A stretch of 64,000 nt of DNA, taken from positions 192,329 through 256,328 of the forward strand of contig CAVPVV010000003.1 of the NCBI GenBank assembly GCA_963709325.1. Direction: 5' to 3'. Each line of letters opens with the position of its first letter. The first letter of the stretch is position 1. The position numbers and the translations under genes were made by a program. Below the pieces are notes generated by a model. The model saw only the letters and a program-made list of their open reading frames with translations, searched no databases and had not been told where the DNA came from. Shown one piece after another: positions 38,248-46,197 of the stretch. Source of the stretch: an uncultured Acidobacteriota bacterium. Lineage in GTDB: Bacteria; Acidobacteriota; Vicinamibacteria; Vicinamibacterales; UBA2999.

Positions 38248-38868
38248 TTACTGCATCGTCGTCGTCGGAGTCGGCCAGCCCTTGTCGATCGGCTTCGCGG
38301 GATCGGCCGTGATCTGCAGGTCCGCGCAGTGGTGATAGGAATAGCCACCGGGCTGGTTGTAGCCGTGGTCCGCCATGAACTGGATTACCTGCAGGGTGCA
38401 GCGCGGGCAGGTGATGTTGGGCAACTGGACGTCGGTCTCGAAAGGCTGCGGGTTGGCCGGCTTCGTGTAGTGCGGAAACAGGCCGTCGGCCAGGACCGGC
38501 AGTTGCGGCGGGCTCTGGATCACGCCCCATACCGAGCGAGGCCCTTTCTCCGTGGTCCGCTCGAAGGTCATCGGGTCCGGCGGCAGCTCCTCGCGTGAGT
38601 TCACTGCGAGCGCCACGCGGTAGTGGCCGGGGTGATAGATCGTTTCGGTCACCTTCAGGTGCAGAGCCGACCCGCCTTTGACCTGCGTCAGGGCCTTGCT
38701 CATTTCCGCCTTCGGATCGGCGCCGCACGGGGCCGCCTTCTGCGGATCGCCGCGCTCGTTTTCAACGATCCAGGAGGCTGGCTCGAGCAGCTTGAAATGG
38801 GCATCGGTGACGACGCCTGTGCCGACCGCCAGGGCTGACGCAAACAGGGTGGCAATCAAAACGCGCAT
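38248..38868 (-). CDS. secreted LPMO-like (histidine-brace-type) protein
   Basis: The signal peptide ends VVTDA|HF, so the mature protein would start with His (codon 38797-38799). A second His candidate is in TETIYHPGHYRVA. Cys pairs and YSYHHCADL are also present. The family assignment is from memory of 'polysaccharide monooxygenase-like' myxobacterial proteins and is unverified. Confidence 0.45.
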   Translation of the reverse strand: MRVLIATLFASALAVGTGVVTDAHFKLLEPASWIVENERGDPQKAAPCGADPKAEMSKALTQVKGGSALHLKVTETIYHPGHYRVALAVNSREELPPDPMTFERTTEKGPRSVWGVIQSPPQLPVLADGLFPHYTKPANPQPFETDVQLPNITCPRCTLQVIQFMADHGYNQPGGYSYHHCADLQITADPAKPIDKGWPTPTTTMQ

Positions 38869-38935
38869 GAGGACTCCTCGTGCCGCCCATCATATTCGCT
38901 CCGGCGCCGCACCGTTGCGCTGTTTCCGTATGGAG

Positions 38936-40273
38936 TCAGCGCGCCGGGAGGACTCGCCCGCGGACCTCGCCCAGTCCGATCGCGGTGAATCCGCGGCGGC
39001 GTGCTCGCGCGCGCATGATCACCTCGTCCCCGTCCTCGAGGAATGTCCGCGTGGCGCCGGTTTCGAGCCGGATGGGGCGCTTGCCGCCTTCGCTGATCTC
39101 GAGGAGGCTGCCGTATCCGTCGGGGCTCGGCGCCGAAATCGTGCCCGAGCCGAGCAGATCGCCGGGGCGCAGATTACAGCCGTTGCTCGTGTGATGCGCG
39201 ATGAGCTGCGCGATCGTCCAATACAGGTGCTTCGTGCTCCCGATCGAGAGGCGATGCGGCGGCAGGTTCTTCTCACGAAGCTCGCTGGTGAACAACAGCA
39301 CTTCGAGCTCGATGTCGAGCGCGCCGTCACGCTGGTCCATGGCGTCGAGAAGGTACGGCAGCGGCGCCGGATCTTGGTCCGGCCGCGGTTCGGGCGCCAC
39401 CCGGAACGGCGCAATTGCTTCGGGGGTGATCACCCACGGCGAGATGCTGGTCGCGAAGTTCTTCGCCAGGAACGGGCCGAGCGGCTGGTACTCCCACGCC
39501 TGGATGTCGCGTGCCGACCAGTCGTTGAGCAGGCAGATACCCGACACGTGGTCCCACGCGTCGGGCATCGGCACGGGAGCACCGAGGTCGTTGCCTGGCC
39601 CAATCCAGATGCCGATCTCGAGCTCATAGTCGAGACGCCGCGAGGGCCCAAACGTCGGCACCTCCTCCGTCGGCGCCTTGCGCTGGCCGTTCGGGCGATG
39701 AATGGAAGTACCCGAGACGCAGATGGACGATGAGCGTCCGTGATAACCGATGGGCACGTACTTGTAGTTGGGGAGCAGCGGGTTGTCGGGGCGGAACTGG
39801 CGGCCGACGTTCAGCGCGTGATGAATGCCGGCGTAGAAATCTGTGTAATCCCCGATGTCCGCCGGCACGTGCAGGACGCACTCCGCAGCGGGACGCAGAA
39901 GCGGCTCGACCAACGCCCTCTCCGCCGCTCCTTCGGCAAGCAGCTCGCAGAGTCGGGAACGCAGAGCCCGTCGCGGCGCGGCACCGAGGCCCATTACGCC
40001 ATTGAGGTGGCCATCCCCCGCCAGCGCCGCGGCTCGCGCGGCGTCTTCGGCAAACAGGCGCGTGCGATACCCGGCCGCCAGATCGAGGATGAAATCGCCG
40101 ATCGCAACCCCCGCGCGCGCCGCCTGGGGGGACTGTCCCCCGTCAGAAACCGTCAGCGGCGTGAAGACGCACAGTGGCAGATTCTGAATCGGAAAGTCCG
40201 GATGACCGTTCGCCGAGGCGACCCAGCTTCGGCGTTTCGGATCGTGCGTGGCGTCGAGCTCCATCACCGGCAC
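38936..40273 (-). CDS. fahA: fumarylacetoacetase
   Basis: WVASANGHPDFPIQNLPLCVF is the N-terminal FAH domain, followed by the C-terminal FAA-hydrolase fold (GYHGRSSS...LLNDWSARDIQAWEYQPLGPF...GDLLGSGT). The start is either GTG 40273 or ATG 40264. Confidence 0.85.
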   Translation of the reverse strand: MPVMELDATHDPKRRSWVASANGHPDFPIQNLPLCVFTPLTVSDGGQSPQAARAGVAIGDFILDLAAGYRTRLFAEDAARAAALAGDGHLNGVMGLGAAPRRALRSRLCELLAEGAAERALVEPLLRPAAECVLHVPADIGDYTDFYAGIHHALNVGRQFRPDNPLLPNYKYVPIGYHGRSSSICVSGTSIHRPNGQRKAPTEEVPTFGPSRRLDYELEIGIWIGPGNDLGAPVPMPDAWDHVSGICLLNDWSARDIQAWEYQPLGPFLAKNFATSISPWVITPEAIAPFRVAPEPRPDQDPAPLPYLLDAMDQRDGALDIELEVLLFTSELREKNLPPHRLSIGSTKHLYWTIAQLIAHHTSNGCNLRPGDLLGSGTISAPSPDGYGSLLEISEGGKRPIRLETGATRTFLEDGDEVIMRARARRRGFTAIGLGEVRGRVLPAR

Positions 40274-40279
40274 CGCACG

Positions 40280-41635
40280 CTACGGCCTGGTCGGGTCGAA
40301 GTGCTTCTTCAGCTGCCGGCCGTATCCGCGGTACGCGTCCTGTCGCGCGTCCACTTCCGCGGCGTACTTCGTCACGCGCTGCGGGAAGCGGGTCTCGAAC
40401 ATGAACGCGAGCGTGCCGTCGAGCTTCTTCGGCTCGAGCTCGACGTTGCTGTTCACCTCGAACGCCTCGACGTCCGGTCCGTGCGGCAGCATCATGTTGT
40501 GCAACGAAATGCCGCCCGGCACGAATCCCTGCGGCTTGGCGTCGTACTGCCCGTAGACCAGGCCCATGAACTCGCTCATGACATTCATGTGATACCAGGG
40601 CGGACGGAACGTGTTCTCGGCAACGAGCCAGCGATCCGGGAAGATCACGAAATCCACGTTCGCGGTGCCTGGCGTTTCCGACGGCGAGGTCAGCACGGTG
40701 AAGATCGACGGGTCGGCGTGATCGAACCGCACCGGGCCGACCGGGGAATAGCGCCGCAGGTCGTATTTGTACGGGGCGTAGTTGCCGTGCCAGGCGACGA
40801 CGTCGAGCGGCGAGTGATCGAGCGCGGACTCCCAGAGCGCGCCGCCCCACTTCACGTAGAGCCGCGACGCGACGTCGCGATCCTCGTAGGCGGCGACCGG
40901 CGTCAGGAAGTCGCGCGGGTTCGCGAGGCAGTTGGCGCCGATCGGGCCGCGCTCGGGCAGCCGGAATCCGCCGCCGTAGTTCTCGCACAGATAGCCGCGG
41001 GCCGGCCCGCCGCCGAGCTCGACCCGAATCTTGACGCCGCGCGGAATCACTGCGATCTCGCCGGGCTCGATGTCGATGATCCCGAACTCCGTCCAGATGC
41101 GCAGCTCGCCGATCTGGGCGACGAACAGCAGTTCGCCGTCGGCGTTGTAGAAGTACTCGTCCTCCATCGACCGGGTGACGAAGTAGACATGCGCGCCCAT
41201 GCCCGACTGCGTCCCCGCATCGCCCGCGGTTGTAATGGTGCGGGTCCCTTCGATGAACGACAGCGGCTCGTTCGGCAACGGGATCGCACCCCAGCGCATC
41301 GGCGCGATCGGCAGTTCCACTTCGTGGCACGGCGCGGTGCGCCAGAGTCCGATATCTGTCCTGGCGAAGTCGCCGAAGTGAAACACAGTCGGCCGAATGC
41401 GGTACAGCCACGTGCGCTCGTTGCTCGCGCGCGGCGCGGTGAAGGGCGATCCGCTCAGCTGCTCGGCATACAGCCCGTAGGCGCATCTCTGCGGCGAGTT
41501 GCGGCCGATCGGGAGCGCCCCCGGCAGCGCCTCGGTTTCGAATCCGTTGCCGAAGCCCGACATGTAGCCCGGCGTCACCAGCGGCTGCCCGGCACGGGCC
41601 AGGTCTGGTGTCGCGGTCGGAAAGTCAGCCTTCAT
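40280..41635 (-). CDS. hmgA: homogentisate 1,2-dioxygenase
   Basis: [46 protein letters not shown] and [21 protein letters not shown] are characteristic HmgA sequence. Confidence 0.9.
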   Translation of the reverse strand: MKADFPTATPDLARAGQPLVTPGYMSGFGNGFETEALPGALPIGRNSPQRCAYGLYAEQLSGSPFTAPRASNERTWLYRIRPTVFHFGDFARTDIGLWRTAPCHEVELPIAPMRWGAIPLPNEPLSFIEGTRTITTAGDAGTQSGMGAHVYFVTRSMEDEYFYNADGELLFVAQIGELRIWTEFGIIDIEPGEIAVIPRGVKIRVELGGGPARGYLCENYGGGFRLPERGPIGANCLANPRDFLTPVAAYEDRDVASRLYVKWGGALWESALDHSPLDVVAWHGNYAPYKYDLRRYSPVGPVRFDHADPSIFTVLTSPSETPGTANVDFVIFPDRWLVAENTFRPPWYHMNVMSEFMGLVYGQYDAKPQGFVPGGISLHNMMLPHGPDVEAFEVNSNVELEPKKLDGTLAFMFETRFPQRVTKYAAEVDARQDAYRGYGRQLKKHFDPTRP

Positions 41636-41978
41636 GTGCGCTCTCCTCGAGGCCCGACAGATCCACGTAGATATCGTCCTGCTCGATCTTCGCCGGCAGC
41701 GTCCTCAGCCGGTTCGTCGTCACCGCGCCGTCGGGTGCGCCGGTCCTGATGTCGAAGAGTGCGTAGTGAACCGGGCACTCGATGAGGCCATTGACGACGC
41801 ATCCGTGGGACAGCGAGGCTCCGTGGTGCGGACAGGTGTCGGTCGAGGCGAAGATGCCGTCGGCGAGCCGATACAGCGCGAGCCGCCGCCCCTCGCACAC
41901 GACGCCGAGTACATCATTGCCATTGAACGCCGAGAGTGCCGCAACCCGCACCCACGACCTGGGCTTGTCGCCACTCAC
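41625..41978 (-). CDS. Rieske [2Fe-2S] ferredoxin-type protein
   Basis: 117 aa with a GTG start. The Rieske ligand motifs are [11 protein letters not shown]...CPVHYALFD. It overlaps the hmgA start by 11 nt. Confidence 0.8.
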   Translation of the reverse strand: MSGDKPRSWVRVAALSAFNGNDVLGVVCEGRRLALYRLADGIFASTDTCPHHGASLSHGCVVNGLIECPVHYALFDIRTGAPDGAVTTNRLRTLPAKIEQDDIYVDLSGLEESAHEG

Positions 41979-41995
41979 GCGCTGTTTCCAATTCG

Positions 41996-42044
41996 CACTT
42001 GCCTTGCGCCTTCTGCCTTCTGCCTTGTGCCTTGTGCCTTCTCA
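41996..42044. repeat. tandem heptamer array (CTTNNGC x7; GCNNAAG on the coding strand)
   Basis: cacttgc cttgcgc cttctgc cttctgc cttgtgc cttgtgc cttctca. The last unit contains the hppD stop codon (42042-42044). The array fills most of the hppD-Rieske intergenic gap. Confidence 0.8.
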
Positions 42045-43160
42045 CTTCGCCGCGGCCGGCGACAGCACGCCGCGGCGTATCTGATCCTCTTCAATCGACT
42101 CGAACAGCGCCTTGAAGTTGCCTTCGCCAAACCCATCATCGCCCTTGCGCTGGATGAACTCGAAGAAGATGGGGCCGATCGCCGTCTTGCCGAAGCGTTG
42201 CAGCAGGACCTTGGTGAAGCCGCCCTCGACGACCCCTTCGCCGTCGATCAGGATGCCGTTCTGTTCCAGCCGCCCGAGATCCTCGCCGTGCTCCGGCAGC
42301 CGGCGATCCACCCGCGCATAGTAGATCGGGTTCGGAGCCGGCATGAACTCGACACCGCGAGCGACCAGCGCCTCGATCGAAGCGTAGAGGTCGTGGGCGC
42401 CCAGCGCGATGTGCTGGATCCCCTCGCCGCCGTATTCCGCGAGGTACTCCTCGATCTGCCCCTTGTCTCCGGCGTCCTGGTTGATCGGGATACGGATCTT
42501 GCCGTCCGGGCTGGTCATCGCGCGCGAATGGAGGCCGGTCAGCTTGCCTGCAATATCGAAGTAGCGAATCTGCCGGAAGTTGAAGATTCGTTCGTAGAAC
42601 CCGGCCCACTCGTCGAGCCGGCCGCGATAGACGTTGTGGGTGAGGTGATCGATGTACCAGAGGCCGAGCCCCTCGGGCTTCGGATCGCGTTCACCGAGCC
42701 ACTCGAAATCCACGTCGTAGATCGAGCCGTTCGCGCCGTAGCGATCAACGAAGTAGATGTGCAGGCCGCCGATTCCTTCGATCGTCGGAATTTCGAGCTC
42801 ACCGGGATTGGTGGCGCGCTCGATCGGTCTGGCCCCGAGCTTGACCGCGCGTTCGAACGCATACTGCGCGTCGACCACGCGGAACGCCATCGCCGGCGCC
42901 GACGGCCCGTGCTCCTCGGCAAACCGCGCCGCAAACGAGCCAGGCTCGGCGTTCAGAATCAGGTTGATGCCCCCCTGCCGGTAGAGCGTGACGTTCTTCG
43001 ACCGGTGCCGCGCCACCGCGGTGAACCCCATCTGCGTGAACAGGCGGTCCAGCTCGGCGGGGTCGGGATGGCAGAACTCGACGAACTCGAAACCGTCGGT
43101 TCCCATCGGGTTGGCGTCGCTGATGATCGGCGGTTCGGCGTCGTGTGGAAACGGACCCAT
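42042..43160 (-). CDS. hppD: 4-hydroxyphenylpyruvate dioxygenase
   Basis: GTDGFEFVEFCHPDPAELDRLFTQMGFTAVARHRSKNVTLYRQGGINLILN...GIQHIALGAHDLYASIEALVARGVEF...GEGNFKALFESIEEDQIRRG is typical bacterial HppD. Confidence 0.9.
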   Translation of the reverse strand: MGPFPHDAEPPIISDANPMGTDGFEFVEFCHPDPAELDRLFTQMGFTAVARHRSKNVTLYRQGGINLILNAEPGSFAARFAEEHGPSAPAMAFRVVDAQYAFERAVKLGARPIERATNPGELEIPTIEGIGGLHIYFVDRYGANGSIYDVDFEWLGERDPKPEGLGLWYIDHLTHNVYRGRLDEWAGFYERIFNFRQIRYFDIAGKLTGLHSRAMTSPDGKIRIPINQDAGDKGQIEEYLAEYGGEGIQHIALGAHDLYASIEALVARGVEFMPAPNPIYYARVDRRLPEHGEDLGRLEQNGILIDGEGVVEGGFTKVLLQRFGKTAIGPIFFEFIQRKGDDGFGEGNFKALFESIEEDQIRRGVLSPAAAK

Positions 43161-43175
43161 GCGGGATCTCCAGTA

Positions 43176-44139
43176 TCAGGAAACCGTCAGCGCGTGCAGC
43201 TCGCCGGCGGGCTCGGTAAACGAACAGGACCCAAAGCTCACGAGGGTGTGATCGCGGACGGCCCGGAGCGCCTCGACCGGCAGCTCGACGCTGCCCCAGC
43301 GAACGAATCGCTCGCCGAAATCGAGCCCGGCGGCGTCGGTCAGCTGCAGCAGGCGCTCGACAGTCCGACAGCGGCAGACCGGCGCGGCGGCCCGCGGCGG
43401 CGAGCAGTAGATTGAGATAGCCGTACATCGGCGCCACGGCCGATCCGGCTTCGTAGGTCAGGCGATAAGTCCCGCGAACGGCATGGTGCAGTCCGGCGGT
43501 GGCCTTGAACGCAACGTGAAGGCGGACGGCCTGGTCGATGAACGTCATCAGCGACGAGGCGCTGGGAAACGCGTCGGCCGTCAGTCCGCCGGTCCGGACC
43601 TTGGCCTTCAGACCGCGATCGCGGACCCGTTCCAGCCAGCGGCCCGCATCGTCACCGGCGACCACTTCCACGTAGACGTCGAACTCGGAGCCGAACGAGT
43701 CTGCCAGCCGGTCGATTCCTTCAAGTGTCTGCGGTTTGGATTCAATGGTGTCGACGACCGCCCTGTGCCGCGCGGCGTCGCGGTTGAACACGGTCACCGC
43801 CATGCGATCTTCGTCTGCCCCATCCCGGACGATCGCGCTCAACCGGACAACCTCTGCCCGATCAGCGGGTGCGGACTCGGCAGCGAACTCACCTAATCGC
43901 GAGACGGGCAGGACGAAGCGCCCCAGCATCCAAACATCCGGACCGGAGCGCGCCGCGATGTACTCGGCCACGGCGGCGGCCATCGCCAGCCCCGCCGGCG
44001 GAAACAAGCCTGCGTAGTCAACGACCTGACCCAGAAGCGCGAGCGCCGTTGCCGGTTGTGCCGTAGCCGAGGTCGGCGCTTCCGGCTGGGAACCGCGGTG
44101 CATATCACCAAGGTAGGCCCCCTGAATCAATATGTCCAA
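43176..44139 (-). CDS. conserved hypothetical protein (one apparent frame break near 43360)
   Basis: ORF 42799-44139 is coding-like to about LLAAAGRRAGLPLSD. The plausible continuation VERLLQLTDAAGLDFGERFVRWGSVELPVEALRAVRDHTLVSFGSCSFTEPAGELHALTVS* lies in the next frame and stops at 43176, just upstream of hppD. I recognise no family. Confidence 0.45.
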
Positions 44140-44154
44140 TAGCGTCTGAGGCCG

Positions 44155-44167
44155 TGATCGATAATCA
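44155..44167. promoter_or_regulatory. LysR-type T-N11-A box candidate
   Basis: TGATCGATAATCA (TGAT-N5-ATCA dyad, T-N11-A) lies in the short divergent region between the LysR gene and the hppD-side operon. Confidence 0.35.
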
Positions 44168-44173
44168 GCACCT

Positions 44174-45064
44174 ATGAACGTGCCCGCGCGACCCGAGTTA
44201 CGCCACCTTCGGTACTTCGCCGCTCTCGCCGACGAGCTCCACTTCGGCCGGGCCGCCGCGCGCCTCGCGGTCTCTCAGCCCGCGCTCAGCGTCCAGATCC
44301 GTCAGCTCGAATCGATGGTCGGCGCGAGGCTGCTCGACCGCCATAGCCGCCTGGTAGCGTTGACCGAGGCTGGCCGCACGCTGGCGGCCGCCGCCGAGCG
44401 CATCCTGCTGGAGGTGGACACCGCCATCGACGCGGCCCGCCGTGCGAGCGCGGGCGAAGTCGGCGTGCTCCGACTTGGCTTCGGTCCCACGCTGATGCTC
44501 TCGACGCTCGCCCGGGTCGTGCGTACCTACCGGCAGCGCTATCCGGACGTCCGCATGGACCTCCGTGAGCTCGCGACCGGGGAGCAGATGGACGCGCTCC
44601 TCCGCGGCGATCTCGATCTCGGGTTCGTGCGCGGCGCGGAAACCGACCCCCGGCTGCACGTCGAGCTGTTTGCCCGCGAACCCCTCCTGATCGCCCTCAA
44701 CCGCGATCATCCGGCGGCGGCACAGGCCCGAGTCCCGCTTGCCTCGCTCGCCGGCGAGCCCTGGGTGCTGTTCCCCCGCTCGATTGCGCCCCAGCTCCAT
44801 ACGCAAGTGCTGCGGCTGTGCCACGACGCCGGTTTCACCCCCAACGTCGTCCAGGAGAGCCGTGAGGTGTACACCACCGTCGGGCTGGTCGGCGCGGGCG
44901 TCGGCGTGACGATTGTTCCCGCGGCTGCACAACGCATGTCTTGGAAGGGCGTCGTTTACAAACCCATCCCGCGCACCTCAGTTCGGCTGTCCATGGTCCG
45001 GCCGAGCGGGCCGGTCCCGCCGGTCGTGGAAGCGTTCCTTGCCATCGCGCGAAAGGCGACGTAG
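44174..45064 (+). CDS. LysR-family transcriptional regulator
   Basis: The N-terminal HTH is LRHLRYFAALADELHFGRAAARLAVSQPALSVQIRQLE, followed by a LysR substrate-binding domain. It is divergent from the homogentisate genes. Confidence 0.9.
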   Translation: MNVPARPELRHLRYFAALADELHFGRAAARLAVSQPALSVQIRQLESMVGARLLDRHSRLVALTEAGRTLAAAAERILLEVDTAIDAARRASAGEVGVLRLGFGPTLMLSTLARVVRTYRQRYPDVRMDLRELATGEQMDALLRGDLDLGFVRGAETDPRLHVELFAREPLLIALNRDHPAAAQARVPLASLAGEPWVLFPRSIAPQLHTQVLRLCHDAGFTPNVVQESREVYTTVGLVGAGVGVTIVPAAAQRMSWKGVVYKPIPRTSVRLSMVRPSGPVPPVVEAFLAIARKAT

Positions 45065-45067
45065 CAT
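45039..45067 (+). promoter_or_regulatory. predicted promoter (TTGCCA-17-TAGCAT)
   Basis: TTGCCA at 45039-45044 and TAGCAT at 45062-45067 (its TAG is the LysR stop). A GAGGAG SD and ATG 45086 follow. The surrounding sequence GTTCCTTG...CGTAGCATCGAG is repeated upstream of the paralog at 52551-52588. Confidence 0.4.
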
Positions 45068-45085
45068 CGAGTGAGGAGACTCACC

Positions 45086-46106
45086 ATGCGCCGCTGCCTC
45101 ATCCTGGCCTGTGCCCTGGTTCTCCTTCCTGCCCTCGCCTTCGCCGACGAGGTCCTGCTGAAGGGCGGTGGAAAGATTTCCGGCCGCATCCTGTCGCGGA
45201 CCGATACCGCGGTGCAGGTGGACGTTGGCGCCGGCATCATCACTGTGCCAATGGCAAGCGTCCTCTCGATTGAACAGAAGCGATCGATCGTCGACGAGTA
45301 CGAAGAGCACGCCGCGCGCTTGAAGGACAGCGATGTCCAGGGATGGCTGCAGCTGGCGCGCTGGTCCTTGACCCAGGGATTGGGCACGCAGGCGCGGCGC
45401 GCCTACGAGCACGTGCTCGGTGTCGAACCCCAGAACGTCGAGGCCAACCAGGGACTCGGCCGCGTCCTCCTGGATGGCCGCTGGGTACCCGAGCCGGAGA
45501 TCCATCGCGCCCGCGGCATGGTGCAGTTCGAGGGCCAGTGGATGACCCCGTCCGAGCGCGACGCGATTCTCGAGGAGCGCGACGACCGGTTCAACGAGTT
45601 GATGCGCCTCGACGCCGAGCGCCGCGCCCGCGACGCGGAAGCAGCGCGCGGCCGACGCGGAGGCTCGAGCGCAGCAGGCGACTCTCGACGCGGCTGTCGG
45701 CGGGATTCCGCTGTATTACGGCAGCGGCTACGTCGTCGGCGGCTATCCATCGTACGGGTATGGATACGGCTATGGCCGGCCCGGGTACGGCAACAAGTGG
45801 CGGCAACCGCCCGGCACAGTCTGGCCGCCGCTGGGAATGTATCCGAACACGCCGTTAGGAGTGTGGCCGTCCTTTCCAATCGGACCGGCCGGCAACTTCC
45901 CGATCGGGGGCGGTACGTTCCCGGTAGGCCCCTCATTTCCTCCTGGCAGCATCCACCCGGGCGGCGGTGGCAGACATCCGGGTGGTGGTCCGCGTCCCGG
46001 TCCACCGCCGGCCGCACACGGACCCTCAGGCAAGCCCTCAGGCGCTGCGCCTTCGGCGCCGGCCGGACGCGGTGCTGGCGGCGGTGGCGCGGCCCCACGC
46101 CCCTGA
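45086..46106 (+). CDS. secreted hypothetical protein, paralog A (one apparent +1 frame break near 45640-45660)
   Basis: Signal MRRCLILACALVLLPALAFA. Conserved sequence is DEVLLKGGGKISGRILSRTDTAVQVDVGAGIITVPM, VEANQGLGRV and VQFEGQWMTPSERDAILE, then an ERRARDAEA coiled-coil. The Gly/Tyr/Pro-rich tail (GIPLYYGSGYVVGGYPSYGYGYGYG...) continues in the frame of ORF 45837-46106. Confidence 0.6.
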
Positions 46107-46108
46107 CA

Positions 46109-46195
46109 AGGAGAGAGGAGACAGGAACTAGGAGACAGGAGACAGGAATCAGTTCCTCCTGCTTCCTGCCTCCTAACTCCTCTCTCCTCTCTCCT
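46109..46195. terminator. long imperfect hairpin built from inverted heptamer arrays (AGGANNN x6 / NNNTCCT x6), between convergent genes
   Basis: The arms 46109-46147 and 46157-46195 pair at 33 Watson-Crick plus 1 GU of 39 positions by my hand alignment. The outer 12 bp are perfect (aggagagaggag / ctcctctctcct). The element lies between stop codons at 46104-46106 (+) and 46198-46200 (-). Confidence 0.55.
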
Positions 46196-46197
46196 AT

